32,000 nt of DNA from Edaphobacter aggregans. GTDB lineage: Bacteria; Acidobacteriota; Terriglobia; Terriglobales; Acidobacteriaceae. Both the position numbers and the translations under genes were made by a program. The DNA lies in assembly GCF_003945235.1 (NCBI RefSeq), contig NZ_RSDW01000001.1, forward strand, positions 1,920,001 through 1,952,000, written 5' to 3'. Position 1 is the stretch's first letter, and the number at the start of each line of letters is the position of its first letter. This document shows, one piece after another, positions 1 to 8,591 of this stretch. The notes below the pieces were generated by a model. That model was not told the DNA's origin and searched no databases. It was given only the letters and a program-made list of their open reading frames with translations.

Positions 1-2
1 TG

Positions 3-383
3 GGCAAGCGCATAGCGCAACAGCTCTGCCGCGAACTTCTCCTCCTCGAATCCTCCGACTGGCAGTTCCTCATCACCACCGGAGCCGCCCGCGACTACGC
101 CGAGATCCGTTTCCTCACCCACAACGACCAGTTCAACGAAATCAAAACCATCTACCAGACCTTCGAAGCCAATGGTCGCCTCACCGTAGCTCAAGAGGCC
201 CGTCTCGCCGAAATCGAACTCCGCGACACGGTCTTCCCCAACATCGACCCCGGCCTATGGGCCGCCGGAGCCAAACAAGAGGGCCACATACAAGCCCCCA
301 CGTTTCCGCCGGCGATCCCACCCGCATCGGCTCCTGCACCCGCTCCAGCCGTAGCCTACGCCAAGTCCGAACCCATCGACTAG
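3..383 (+). CDS. GH57-family alpha-glucan branching enzyme, C-terminal fragment (5' end outside window)
   Basis: The frame is open from the window edge to TAG 381-383. It is absent from the ORF track because it has no start codon. The translation ...ESSDWQFLITTGAARDYAEIRFLTHNDQFNEIKTIYQ... matches my memory of the SSDWxF..TG...YA..RF..H motif of the DUF1957 C-terminal domain of GH57 branching enzymes. Codons are C-ending like the neighbouring + genes. Confidence 0.6.
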   Translation, partial: GKRIAQQLCRELLLLESSDWQFLITTGAARDYAEIRFLTHNDQFNEIKTIYQTFEANGRLTVAQEARLAEIELRDTVFPNIDPGLWAAGAKQEGHIQAPTFPPAIPPASAPAPAPAVAYAKSEPID

Positions 384-414
384 CTCAGGGCGGTTTTTAC
401 AGTCACCTTTCTTG

Positions 415-512
415 CTTATGGTCCCCAAAGGGGACCTGCTGTCGCCGTTGCTCTTGCCGTTGCCTTTCTAGTTGTCATCCCCGAAGGGGATCTGCTTCTG
501 CTGTTGCAGTTT
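415..512 (+). repeat. Repeat locus 1: two A-type hairpin boxes separated by a short hexamer tract
   Basis: GGTCCCCAAAGGGGACCTGCTG lies at 420-441 (stem GTCCCC/GGGGAC). GTCATCCCCGAAGGGGATCTGCTTCTG lies at 474-500 (stem ATCCCC/GGGGAT). Near-identical A boxes recur at 14785, 21034 and 30701. Confidence 0.85.
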
Positions 513-559
513 TATTTCACCAAATGCTCCGCGAAGCCGCTGGAACCTAAAATAACCAG

Positions 560-1405
560 GTGGCCGCCAAATCCCCCCTCGCCCTCTGGCACCTGCTCTC
601 CCTCGACGCCCCCACCATCGCCGTCCTCTGGACCTGGTTCATCGCCACCGCCAGCCACGTTCACCTCCCTGTCACCTCCATCCTCGCCATGGCCACCGCC
701 GTCTGGACGCTCTACGCCGCCGACCGCCTCCTCGACACCCAATCCGCCACGCCCTCCGACCTCGAAGCCCGCCATTACTTCCACCACCGCTACCGCACCG
801 CCTTCCTCGCAGGAATCCTCTTCGCCTCGCTGGGCCTCGCAGTCCTCCTCCCACGCATCCCCTCCGAAGCCATCCACCTCTACCTCATCCTCGGCGGCCT
901 GGTCTTCGGCTACTTCATCCTGATCCACGTTCCACTCAACCACTCACCCGAAACCAAAGCCGCCCCACGTCTCCCCAAAGAGATCGCTGTAGGCATCTGC
1001 TTCGCCGCCGCCGTCTTCATTCCGACCATAGCCCGCCACCCCGACCTCCGCCCAACCCTCCTTCCCTCAGCACTCCTCTTCGCCGCCCTATGCAGCCTCA
1101 ACTGCCTCTTCATCTACGCTTGGGAGCACGACCCACCCGACCCCATCGACCACCCCGTCCACACCATCACCCGCCTCGCCCTCAACCACCTCCCCACAAT
1201 CGCCATGACAATCACCGCAGCAGGCATCGCCCTAGCCATCCTCGACCACCGAACCCCCTGGCCCATCCCCATCGCCAACGCCCTCGCCGCAATCCTGCTC
1301 CTACTCCTGCACTACCGTCGCCACCAAATCATCCCCCTCAACCTCCGAGCCGCCGCAGACCTGGCCCTGGCCACTCCCATCCTCTTAATCCCCTTCCTCA
1401 AATGA
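560..1405 (+). CDS. Polytopic integral membrane protein, possibly UbiA-prenyltransferase-superfamily-like
   Basis: 281-aa ORF with a GTG start, about 8 hydrophobic segments and consistent C-ending codon usage. The YAADRLLD motif after the second helix resembles the Asp-rich motif of UbiA-type prenyltransferases. The family call is tentative. Confidence 0.55.
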   Translation: MAAKSPLALWHLLSLDAPTIAVLWTWFIATASHVHLPVTSILAMATAVWTLYAADRLLDTQSATPSDLEARHYFHHRYRTAFLAGILFASLGLAVLLPRIPSEAIHLYLILGGLVFGYFILIHVPLNHSPETKAAPRLPKEIAVGICFAAAVFIPTIARHPDLRPTLLPSALLFAALCSLNCLFIYAWEHDPPDPIDHPVHTITRLALNHLPTIAMTITAAGIALAILDHRTPWPIPIANALAAILLLLLHYRRHQIIPLNLRAAADLALATPILLIPFLK

Positions 1406-1455
1406 CCGAGCCCAATTACGACCCCATAGCTCGCCATTGCGCGGAGCACCCATGA
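1402..1455 (+). CDS. 17-codon mini-ORF (MTEPNYDPIARHCAEHP), a duplicated relic of the methyltransferase 5' end
   Basis: ATG 1402-1404 overlaps the upstream stop TGA 1403-1405. Its own TGA 1453-1455 overlaps ATG 1452-1454 of the next gene. It carries a 22-nt exact copy (1414-1435) of 1479-1500. Confidence 0.3.
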   Translation: MTEPNYDPIARHCAEHP

Positions 1456-2123
1456 CACAGACCAAAACCAGAACCGCAAATTACGACCCCATAGCTCGCC
1501 CCTATCAATGGCTCGAATACCTAACCCTGGGCCGAACCCTCGAACGCACCCGCCTCCACTACCTCCCCACCCTCACCCGCCAACAACACGCCCTCGTCCT
1601 TGGAGACGGCGACGGCCGCTTCCTCGCCCGACTCCTCGCCCAAAACCCCACCCTCCAAGCCGACGCCGTAGACACCAGCGCCGCCATGCTCCAACTCCTC
1701 CGTCAGCGCTGCGAAGCAGCATCCCCCACCGCATCCGCACGCCTCCACACTCATCAGGCAAACGCCCTCGCCTTCACCCCACCCACCCCGCAAAAATACG
1801 ACCTCGTCGTCACCCATTTCTTCCTCGACTGCCTCACCCAACCCGAACTCGACACCCTCGTCGCCCGCATCACTCCCACCCTCACCCCCGGAGCCCTCTG
1901 GCTTCTCTCCGACTTCCGCATCCCCACCGGCCCCATGCGTCTACCCGCGAAGCTCTTCGTCCGCAGTCTCTACCTCGGCTTCCGCATCATCACCGGCCTC
2001 CGCACCACGCATCTCCCCGACCACACAACGCCCTTCACCAAAGCCGACCTCACCCGCACAGCCCACCATCACCTCCTGGCCGGCATCCTCTCCACCGAAC
2101 TCTGGCAAACTCCATCGTCTTAG
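1452..2123 (+). CDS. Class I SAM-dependent methyltransferase
   Basis: The ORF track gives 1437..2123; I prefer the in-frame ATG at 1452. LVLGDGDGRFLARLL resembles the glycine-rich SAM-binding motif I, and DLVVTHFFLDC resembles the post-I/II region. Confidence 0.7.
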   Translation: MTQTKTRTANYDPIARPYQWLEYLTLGRTLERTRLHYLPTLTRQQHALVLGDGDGRFLARLLAQNPTLQADAVDTSAAMLQLLRQRCEAASPTASARLHTHQANALAFTPPTPQKYDLVVTHFFLDCLTQPELDTLVARITPTLTPGALWLLSDFRIPTGPMRLPAKLFVRSLYLGFRIITGLRTTHLPDHTTPFTKADLTRTAHHHLLAGILSTELWQTPSS

Positions 2124-2177
2124 CTAAAACCCACCCGACACTTCCCGCATCACACTGAAAGCACGCCCACATCCCCT

Positions 2178-4457
2178 ATGCCGCGACTCCCTCTCGCCGC
2201 CGCGCTCCTCCTCACGCCTCTAGCTCTTCATGCCCAGATCAGCGCCACCAACTCCCCCACCGGAGCCCCACTCTCCACTCGAGTCGTCGCCTACACCATC
2301 GACGCCCGCCTCGACACCGACAAAAAATCACTCGACGCCACCGAAACCCTCACCTACAAAAACCTCACCGGCCAGCCTCTCACCACCTTCCCCTTCCACC
2401 TCTATCTCAACGCCTTCCGTCCCGAGTCCACCTTCACCTCCGAAACCCGCTTCAACGGCGGCATCCGCGACTCCTTCGGCGACGACTACTACCCCAAAGA
2501 AAAACTCGGTAGCATCACCATCTCCCACATCGAAGCCGACACCTACGGCGACCTTACCCCCACCCTCCACTTCATCGCCCCCGACGACGGCAACCTCCTC
2601 GACCACACCGTAGCCGAGATCACCCTTCCCCGTCCCCTCGCCCCCAACGACTCCGTCACCTTCCGCCTAGCCTTCCACGACCAGTTCCCCCTCTCCGTCG
2701 CCCGCAACGGTTACAAGCGCGACTTCATCATGGGCGGCCAGTGGTTCCCCAAGACCGGCGTCTTTTGGCACGGCGCATGGAACTGTCACCAGTACCACTC
2801 CACCACCGAATTTTTCTCCGACTTCGGCACCTACAACGTCCACCTCACCGTCCCCAACCGCTACATGGTCGGAGCCTCCGGCGTTCCCACCGGCGAAGTC
2901 GGCAACCCCGACAACACCAAAACCCTCGGCTTCTACGGCGAAGACATCCACGACTTCGCCTTCGCCGCCAGCCCCAACTTCGTCATCACCAATGGCACCT
3001 ATCTCTCCGCGCTCGGTCCCGTGCAGGTCCACGTCCTCGGCCTCGCCGCGCACCCCAACATCGGCCAGCGCTACCTCGACACCACCCTCAAGACCCTCCG
3101 CAAATTCGAAGACTGGTACGGCCCCTACCCCTACAAAATCATCACCGTCATCGACCCCGAGCCCGGCTCCGAGATGCAGGGCATGGAGTACCCAACCCTC
3201 TTCACCGCCGACGGCAGTTGGACAGGCCCCTTCAGCGTCGCCGAGATCACCACCGAGCACGAATTCGGCCATCAGTACTGGTACGGCATGGTCGCCACCA
3301 ACGAGTTTCAGGAAGCATGGCTGGACGAGGGCATCAACTCCTACACCGAGGTCAAAGTCCTCGCCGCTATCCTCGGCCGCGACACCTCGGCCCTCAATCG
3401 TTCGTGGGCCAACTTCAGCGACCGTGACTATCAACGCCTCGACTACCTCGCCATCCCCGACTTCGATCCCATCACTCGCTTCGCCTGGCTCTTCCGCAAC
3501 GACACCTCTTACGGCGGCGTAACCTACGGCAAATCCGCCACGGCCCTCGCCACACTCGAAGGCATCATCGGCCGCGACACCATGGACGAAGCCATGCGCA
3601 CCTGGTACCAGCGCTTCCGCTTCACCCACCCCACCACCGAAGACTTCCTCCGCACCATCGAAGAAGTAGCCATCAAAAACGGCAAAGCCCTACCCGGCTC
3701 ACCCACAAGCTCACATAACAAAGCCACGCCAAATAATCAGAACGGAACCCCGCAGAATGGAGCCTCCGTCCCAGCAAACTCCGGTGTCGCCAATGGAACC
3801 GGCAGCGTCATTCCCGGCGAAGGCAGCCCTCTCACTAACGGTGTCGGCGTGACAATAGCTGACGATGGAACTGTCCTCCTCAATGGAGGAACACGCGCAG
3901 CAGGTTCCTCCGCCAATGGCCCCACTGCCCCACTCACTCAGCCACAACCCTTCCCCACTACCCCACCCCTAAGCCCAACCGGCTTCCCCGACTACGCCAC
4001 CGCCCCCATCACCAACTCCACTTTGCGCCCCTTCTTCAACCAAGCCATCTACGGCACCCAGATCCTCGACTATGCCATCGACAATGTCAGCTCTGACCCC
4101 GTCCAGTGGTGGCTCCCCCCATCTAAGGACGCCTCTCAAATCGAGTACCGCAATGCAGTTCACCTCCACCGCAAAGGCGACTTCATCCTCCCCGTCACCG
4201 TCGAAATCATCTTCTCCGACGGCACCCGCCTCCGCGAGCACTGGAACGGCATCGACCGCTGGACGGCCTTCATCTACAACCGCAAAGCAACCATCCGCTC
4301 AGCCGAGATCGACCCCGACCACACCGTCCTGCTCGACAAAAACTTCTTCAACAACAGCTACACCACAACTCCCAACAAAATCCCAGCCCGCAAACTCACC
4401 AACCTCTGGCTAACCATGCAACAGTTAGCCGCCCAACTAACCGCCTGGCTCATCTGA
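2178..4457 (+). CDS. Secreted M1-family zinc metallopeptidase (aminopeptidase N-like)
   Basis: N-terminal signal peptide MPRLPLAAALLLTPLALHA-Q. GMEYP exopeptidase-like motif. HEFGH followed 18 residues later by WLDEG, which is the HExxH-X18-E zinc site. 759 aa. Confidence 0.9.
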   Translation: MPRLPLAAALLLTPLALHAQISATNSPTGAPLSTRVVAYTIDARLDTDKKSLDATETLTYKNLTGQPLTTFPFHLYLNAFRPESTFTSETRFNGGIRDSFGDDYYPKEKLGSITISHIEADTYGDLTPTLHFIAPDDGNLLDHTVAEITLPRPLAPNDSVTFRLAFHDQFPLSVARNGYKRDFIMGGQWFPKTGVFWHGAWNCHQYHSTTEFFSDFGTYNVHLTVPNRYMVGASGVPTGEVGNPDNTKTLGFYGEDIHDFAFAASPNFVITNGTYLSALGPVQVHVLGLAAHPNIGQRYLDTTLKTLRKFEDWYGPYPYKIITVIDPEPGSEMQGMEYPTLFTADGSWTGPFSVAEITTEHEFGHQYWYGMVATNEFQEAWLDEGINSYTEVKVLAAILGRDTSALNRSWANFSDRDYQRLDYLAIPDFDPITRFAWLFRNDTSYGGVTYGKSATALATLEGIIGRDTMDEAMRTWYQRFRFTHPTTEDFLRTIEEVAIKNGKALPGSPTSSHNKATPNNQNGTPQNGASVPANSGVANGTGSVIPGEGSPLTNGVGVTIADDGTVLLNGGTRAAGSSANGPTAPLTQPQPFPTTPPLSPTGFPDYATAPITNSTLRPFFNQAIYGTQILDYAIDNVSSDPVQWWLPPSKDASQIEYRNAVHLHRKGDFILPVTVEIIFSDGTRLREHWNGIDRWTAFIYNRKATIRSAEIDPDHTVLLDKNFFNNSYTTTPNKIPARKLTNLWLTMQQLAAQLTAWLI

Positions 4458-4514
4458 CACCATGCCCCCCCACACACCATCCACCGCCGCCCTCTCTCAA
4501 CGAGCCACCCAAGC

Positions 4515-4973
4515 CCGGGTGCCCCATCTTCGGCGCAGCTTCATCGCGCCTAAGGTGGGAATGTATACGGCCCCCCAGCCAGCGCTTGTCGTTGCTTCTG
4601 CCGCTGCTTTTGCGGTTGTTGCCGCTTCTGCTTTTGTTTCTGCTTCTGCTTTTGCTTTTGCTTTTGCTTTCGCTTGTCATTCTGAGCGAAGCGAAGAACC
4701 CCCGCATTTCGCTTTTGCAGTTGCGGTTGCCGTTGCTTTTGCGGTTGCACTTGCTCTTGCAGTTGCTCTTGCCTGTGCGTCTTCACAACCATCAGCGCAA
4801 CAGATCGTCATCTCGAGCGAAGGCGGCGCTTTTGCCGCGGCAGTGGAGAGACCCCCGAATTTCGCTCTTGCCGTTGCTTTTGCCTTTGCAGTTGCAGTTG
4901 CCTCTAGGTACCCCAAGGCTTCAGCCTTGGGTCTCTCTACCCACCGCAACAAAAGGGGCTTTAGCCCCTGGGG
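4515..4973 (+). repeat. Repeat locus 2 (largest): modules D, B, C1, B, C2, B, E, F
   Basis: D is at 4515-4560 (CCGGGTGCCCCATCTTCGGCGCAGCTTCATCGCGCCTAAGGTGGGA). Hexamer tracts are at 4585-4676, 4713-4775 and 4866-4903. C1 is at 4676-4712 and C2 at 4807-4865. E is at 4904-4937 (CTAGGTACCCCAAGGCTTCAGCCTTGGGTCTCTC). F is at 4951-4973 (GGGGCTTTAGCCCC). Each module recurs elsewhere in the window. Confidence 0.9.
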
Positions 4974-5127
4974 TAAGCCCTCCTATCCAAACCCCCTGCT
5001 CCGAAACATAACGTTAGCCCTCGTAACAGCCACCATCCTCACAACCACCGCCTGCTCGCCCCGCAAACCCGTCCCCGATCCCAAACCTCTCCCCAAACCC
5101 ATCCCCAAAACCATCACATCGAGATAA

Positions 5128-6207
5128 ATGCGCCGAAACATCCTCATCCACGGACTAGGCATCACCCTCCGCCGTCTCCCGGCCTTCCTCTGGACCTATG
5201 TCTTCAACGTCACCCTCGCCATCCTCTTCTCTCTGAGCCTCCACCTCCAGCTGGCAACCCTCCTCAATCACTCCCTCGCCGCCCAACGCCTCTCTAACGG
5301 TTTCGACCTCGGCGCCGCAGGCGAAGTTTTCCTCCACCTCCACGAAGGCCCCGCCGGAGCCGCTGGAAACATAGCCACCCACGCCAGCATTCCCGCCTTC
5401 TTCGTCCTCTACTTCCTCCTTGTCCCCGGAACCCTCTTCTGCTACCTCAACAAAACCCCCGCGCGCCTCTCGACCCTCTTCCACCAGGGCCTCCTGCACT
5501 TCTGGCGATTCGTCCGCATCACCTTCCTTGCCCTTCTCGTCTTTGCCATCATCCTCGGCCCCCTCTCCGAACTCGAATCCCGATGGAACGACCACATCGA
5601 CGACATCTTCGTAGGCCGGCCCGCCTTTCTCCTCAAACTCGCAGCACTGATCCTCGTCCTCCTCGTCGCCTCTCTCCTCCGCCTCTACTTCGATCTCGTC
5701 GAGGCCTACACCGTCCAGCTAGGCCTCCAGTTCCGCCCCGCTCGCATCGGTATCGCCAAACCCGATCGCCGCGTCCGCCGCACCCTCGGCCCAGCCTTCC
5801 GAACCCTTCGCCGCAACTTCCTCCGCGCCTGGCTCACCTTCCTCTTCCTCGCCATCCTCGGAGCCGCCGCCTTCGTCCTCTCCACCCGAATCGCGATCCA
5901 CACCCTCGCCCAGCACCGAGTCTGGCCCACCTTCCTCTTCGCCCAAATAGGCCTCTTCCTCATGCTCTTCACCCGCTTCTGGCAACGCGGCGCCGAAACC
6001 TCCCTGATCCTCCAGAACCCCCTTTTGCCACCCCCAGAACCCATCTCCACGATCTCAACGCCCCCAGTCGGCCCCACCGACCCACCATCCCCGCCACCTT
6101 TCGCTATCACCGCCCCCGACCCCATCCCCAATCCCGAACCCGCCGCCCCATCCCTCGACGAACCCGACCCCGGAGTCTTCCACCACGACCCCAAACCACC
6201 CCACTAA
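5128..6207 (+). CDS. Hypothetical polytopic membrane protein with a proline-rich C-terminal tail
   Basis: 359-aa ORF with several long hydrophobic segments, Arg-rich loops and C-ending codon usage. No family motif recognised. Confidence 0.55.
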   Translation: MRRNILIHGLGITLRRLPAFLWTYVFNVTLAILFSLSLHLQLATLLNHSLAAQRLSNGFDLGAAGEVFLHLHEGPAGAAGNIATHASIPAFFVLYFLLVPGTLFCYLNKTPARLSTLFHQGLLHFWRFVRITFLALLVFAIILGPLSELESRWNDHIDDIFVGRPAFLLKLAALILVLLVASLLRLYFDLVEAYTVQLGLQFRPARIGIAKPDRRVRRTLGPAFRTLRRNFLRAWLTFLFLAILGAAAFVLSTRIAIHTLAQHRVWPTFLFAQIGLFLMLFTRFWQRGAETSLILQNPLLPPPEPISTISTPPVGPTDPPSPPPFAITAPDPIPNPEPAAPSLDEPDPGVFHHDPKPPH

Positions 6208-6324
6208 CCCAGGCCTTTTCAGAAAATCGAACCATCTACGAGCCGGTAAGCCCCCACACTTCACCACCTTATAACCACACCCTAACCACACGAGAACACG
6301 TCTCGTTTAGAATGTGAATAGACT

Positions 6325-6861
6325 ATGAATCTCTTCATACTCCGCCACGCCAGCGCCGGTCTCCGCAGAAAAAACCCACTCCTCGACCTGAAACGCCCCC
6401 TCGACAAAGACGGCAAACGCCACTGTTTACAACTGGCCCACGTCCTCAACGCCCTAAAAATTCAGTTCGATCTCATAGTCTCCAGTCCACTCAAACGAAG
6501 CCTCCAGACTGCCTCCCTTGTAGGCACCGAGACCGGCTACGAGTCCCAAATTTTGCTCTCCAACGGCCTAGCCCCCGAAGCCACCCTTCAGGACTTCCAA
6601 AAACTCCTCAACGAGTGCCGCGGCCACGAAAACGTCCTCGTCGTCGGCCACAATCCCAACCTCACCAACTTCATCGGTTCGATGCTCGTCCCCGCATCCG
6701 ATCCCCTGCCTGCAGCGGTTCGTCTCCGCAAAGGCACCATCGCCCGCCTATCCTTCAATCGCAGCCCCGCCATGCTCCAGTGGATGCTCGACCCCCGCAC
6801 CGTCCGCGCTCTCTACGCCACCTCGACAAAGAGCTCCCGCCGAAAGACCTCGCGGAAGTAG
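6325..6861 (+). CDS. sixA: SixA-type phosphohistidine phosphatase (histidine phosphatase superfamily)
   Basis: N-terminal LFILRHA (catalytic RH motif), SSPLKRSLQTA and VVGHNPNL are all typical of the SixA branch. 178 aa. Confidence 0.75.
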   Translation: MNLFILRHASAGLRRKNPLLDLKRPLDKDGKRHCLQLAHVLNALKIQFDLIVSSPLKRSLQTASLVGTETGYESQILLSNGLAPEATLQDFQKLLNECRGHENVLVVGHNPNLTNFIGSMLVPASDPLPAAVRLRKGTIARLSFNRSPAMLQWMLDPRTVRALYATSTKSSRRKTSRK

Positions 6862-8381
6862 TCCGCCTCTTTCTTCAGCGACCAAGCCTCCAACTCCGCT
6901 CCACCGCGGCCCGGCACCAACTCCAACAGCACGCGCTTCGGATACACATGCGTCCGCAACTGCACCACCGCGCTAGCTCTGTCCTGATTCAGCGCCACCG
7001 CCAGCCGCAGCAGCACAATCGCCCGGACGACGTGCGTATGCTCTTCAATCGGAATCGCCCGCATCACCCTGTCCATCGGGTCGGGCCGCGTCTTCCCTAG
7101 ATACCGCGCAAGCGCACTCACAATCGCCCGCTGTTCCGGCGAGAAGCCAAATATCTCCGAGTTCGCAATAATGTACTGCGTATGCCGGAAGTGTCCCTGG
7201 TGATTCATAAACTTCCCCGCATCCTGCATCATTGCCGCCGACTCCAGCCAAAGCTTGTACTCCTCCGGCAGCTCATGCACCCTCGCCAGCTGATCGAACA
7301 GCTGCACCACATGCTCCCGCACCGGCTCCGCAGTCCTCTGCTCGATCCCGTACCTCCGGCACAGCTCCAGCACTCCCGCCCATCGCTCGCTCTCCATCTT
7401 CTGGTGCACCGAAGCCCGCAGATCCACCTCCGCCAGCATCTGCGCCAGCATCCCATCCCGCAACCCCAGTGACGAATACCGAAACCCCTTCAGCCCCATC
7501 CGCTCCAGCAGACTCGCATACACCAGCGCCCCACCGACGATAATCTCCGACCGACGCGGCCCAATCCCCGGCACCGCAGCGCGCTCGTCATTCGTCATCT
7601 TCACCAGCCTGTCCGCCAGCCGCCGCACATCCGGAGTGTCCGCCGTCAGCTCACCCACCCGTTCCAGCCGCTTCTTCGCCAGCGTCTTCTTCGCCGACCG
7701 TCCCCTCCGCACATGCCCACTAGCCTCCGCCAGCGCCGCAGCCGTTCCCGAAGTCGCAATCACCAGCCCTACCCTCGGTGTTCCGACCTTCTTCTCCGCC
7801 TTCCTCAACTCGCGGTCGATAAACTGCTTCAGCCTCGCCACATCTTCCTTCGCCGGCGGATCCGTCTGCAGAAACTCCTCCGTCAACCGCACAGCCCCCA
7901 GCGACATGCTCGCCATCGCCTTGATCCGCCCGCCATCCGACAGCGTCACCTCACAGCTTCCGCCGCCGAGGTCAATCATCAAACACCGCCCCCTCGCACC
8001 CACCTCATGCGTTACCACCCCCAGGTGAATCAGCCGCCCCTCTTCCAGCCCTGAGATCACCTCCACATTCCATCCCGTCGTCGACCGCACCCACTCCGTA
8101 AACGCCTCGGCATTCCTCGCATCCCGCATCGCGCTCGTCGCCACCACGCGCACCTTGTCGGCCACATGCAGCTGCACAGCCTTATGAAACCGCTTCAGCG
8201 CCCGAATCGTCGCCGCCATGGCCTCCGGCGAGATCACCCCCGTCTGAAACACACTCTCGCCCAGCCGCGTCACCTCACGGTCTTCGTGCAACGTCTTTAG
8301 CCGATGCATCTGTACCGTAGCAATCTTCAGACGGCACGAGTTCGACCCAATATCAACCGCAGCAAACGTAGGCATCCTCAC
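6813..8381 (-). CDS. ppx: Exopolyphosphatase / guanosine pentaphosphate phosphohydrolase (Ppx/GppA)
   Basis: The N-terminal AAVDIGSNSCRLKIA and DLGGGSCE phosphate-binding motifs mark an ASKHA fold. The C-terminal part resembles an HD domain (HQGHFRHTQYII). 522 aa. Confidence 0.9.
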   Translation of the reverse strand: MRMPTFAAVDIGSNSCRLKIATVQMHRLKTLHEDREVTRLGESVFQTGVISPEAMAATIRALKRFHKAVQLHVADKVRVVATSAMRDARNAEAFTEWVRSTTGWNVEVISGLEEGRLIHLGVVTHEVGARGRCLMIDLGGGSCEVTLSDGGRIKAMASMSLGAVRLTEEFLQTDPPAKEDVARLKQFIDRELRKAEKKVGTPRVGLVIATSGTAAALAEASGHVRRGRSAKKTLAKKRLERVGELTADTPDVRRLADRLVKMTNDERAAVPGIGPRRSEIIVGGALVYASLLERMGLKGFRYSSLGLRDGMLAQMLAEVDLRASVHQKMESERWAGVLELCRRYGIEQRTAEPVREHVVQLFDQLARVHELPEEYKLWLESAAMMQDAGKFMNHQGHFRHTQYIIANSEIFGFSPEQRAIVSALARYLGKTRPDPMDRVMRAIPIEEHTHVVRAIVLLRLAVALNQDRASAVVQLRTHVYPKRVLLELVPGRGGAELEAWSLKKEADYFREVFRRELFVEVA

Positions 8382-8591
8382 CTCAAAAACACAAAATCCC
8401 TATCACAAGCAAGATACATCCCCACCCACCGAATCCCACACCCCATCTTCCATAGCCATCATCTTGAAATGGCGCAACTTTCCCCACTCCGTACGGGTCT
8501 TTATCTCGTACGGCTTTCATTAAGGACCCTTTTCCCACGGTGCTACGGCAGCCTCCTTGCATCCAATCCATAGGTACTTGCCTCACTTCTT

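Noticed and set aside
257-550. 97-aa ORF across the first intergenic region
   Set aside because: It begins out of frame within the 3' end of the GH57 gene and then runs through repeat locus 1. The composition is not protein-like.
2667-3629. 320-aa minus-strand ORF, and similar Gly/Glu/Val/Asp-rich minus-strand ORFs at 512..943, 8383..9027, 10687..11055 and 11380..12417
   Set aside because: They are antisense to well-supported + strand genes (M1 peptidase, membrane protein, GT39 paralogues). Their G-rich complement frames are simply stop-poor.
4585-4903. Possible CRISPR array or coding tandem repeat
   Set aside because: The repeats are degenerate 6-mers with no spacer-repeat alternation of CRISPR dimensions (about 28-37 nt repeats with unique spacers). 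No cas genes are present.
4462-5127. 221-aa ORF spanning repeat locus 2 (Ala/Phe/Val repeats), together with 4586..5011
   Set aside because: It is almost entirely a translation of dispersed repeat modules D, B, C, E and F, which recur in non-coding contexts. Hexamer tracts are open in every frame. Only its last ~43 codons are kept, as a speculative finding.
504-6317. Proline/Ser/Thr/Arg-rich out-of-frame + ORFs (504..923, 1090..1455, 1508..2158, 2230..2613, 2741..3427, 2992..3522, 5583..6317 and others)
   Set aside because: These are alternative frames of real + strand genes. CCN, CGN and ACN codons arise from the frame shift of C-ending codons, and none has motifs or start-site support.
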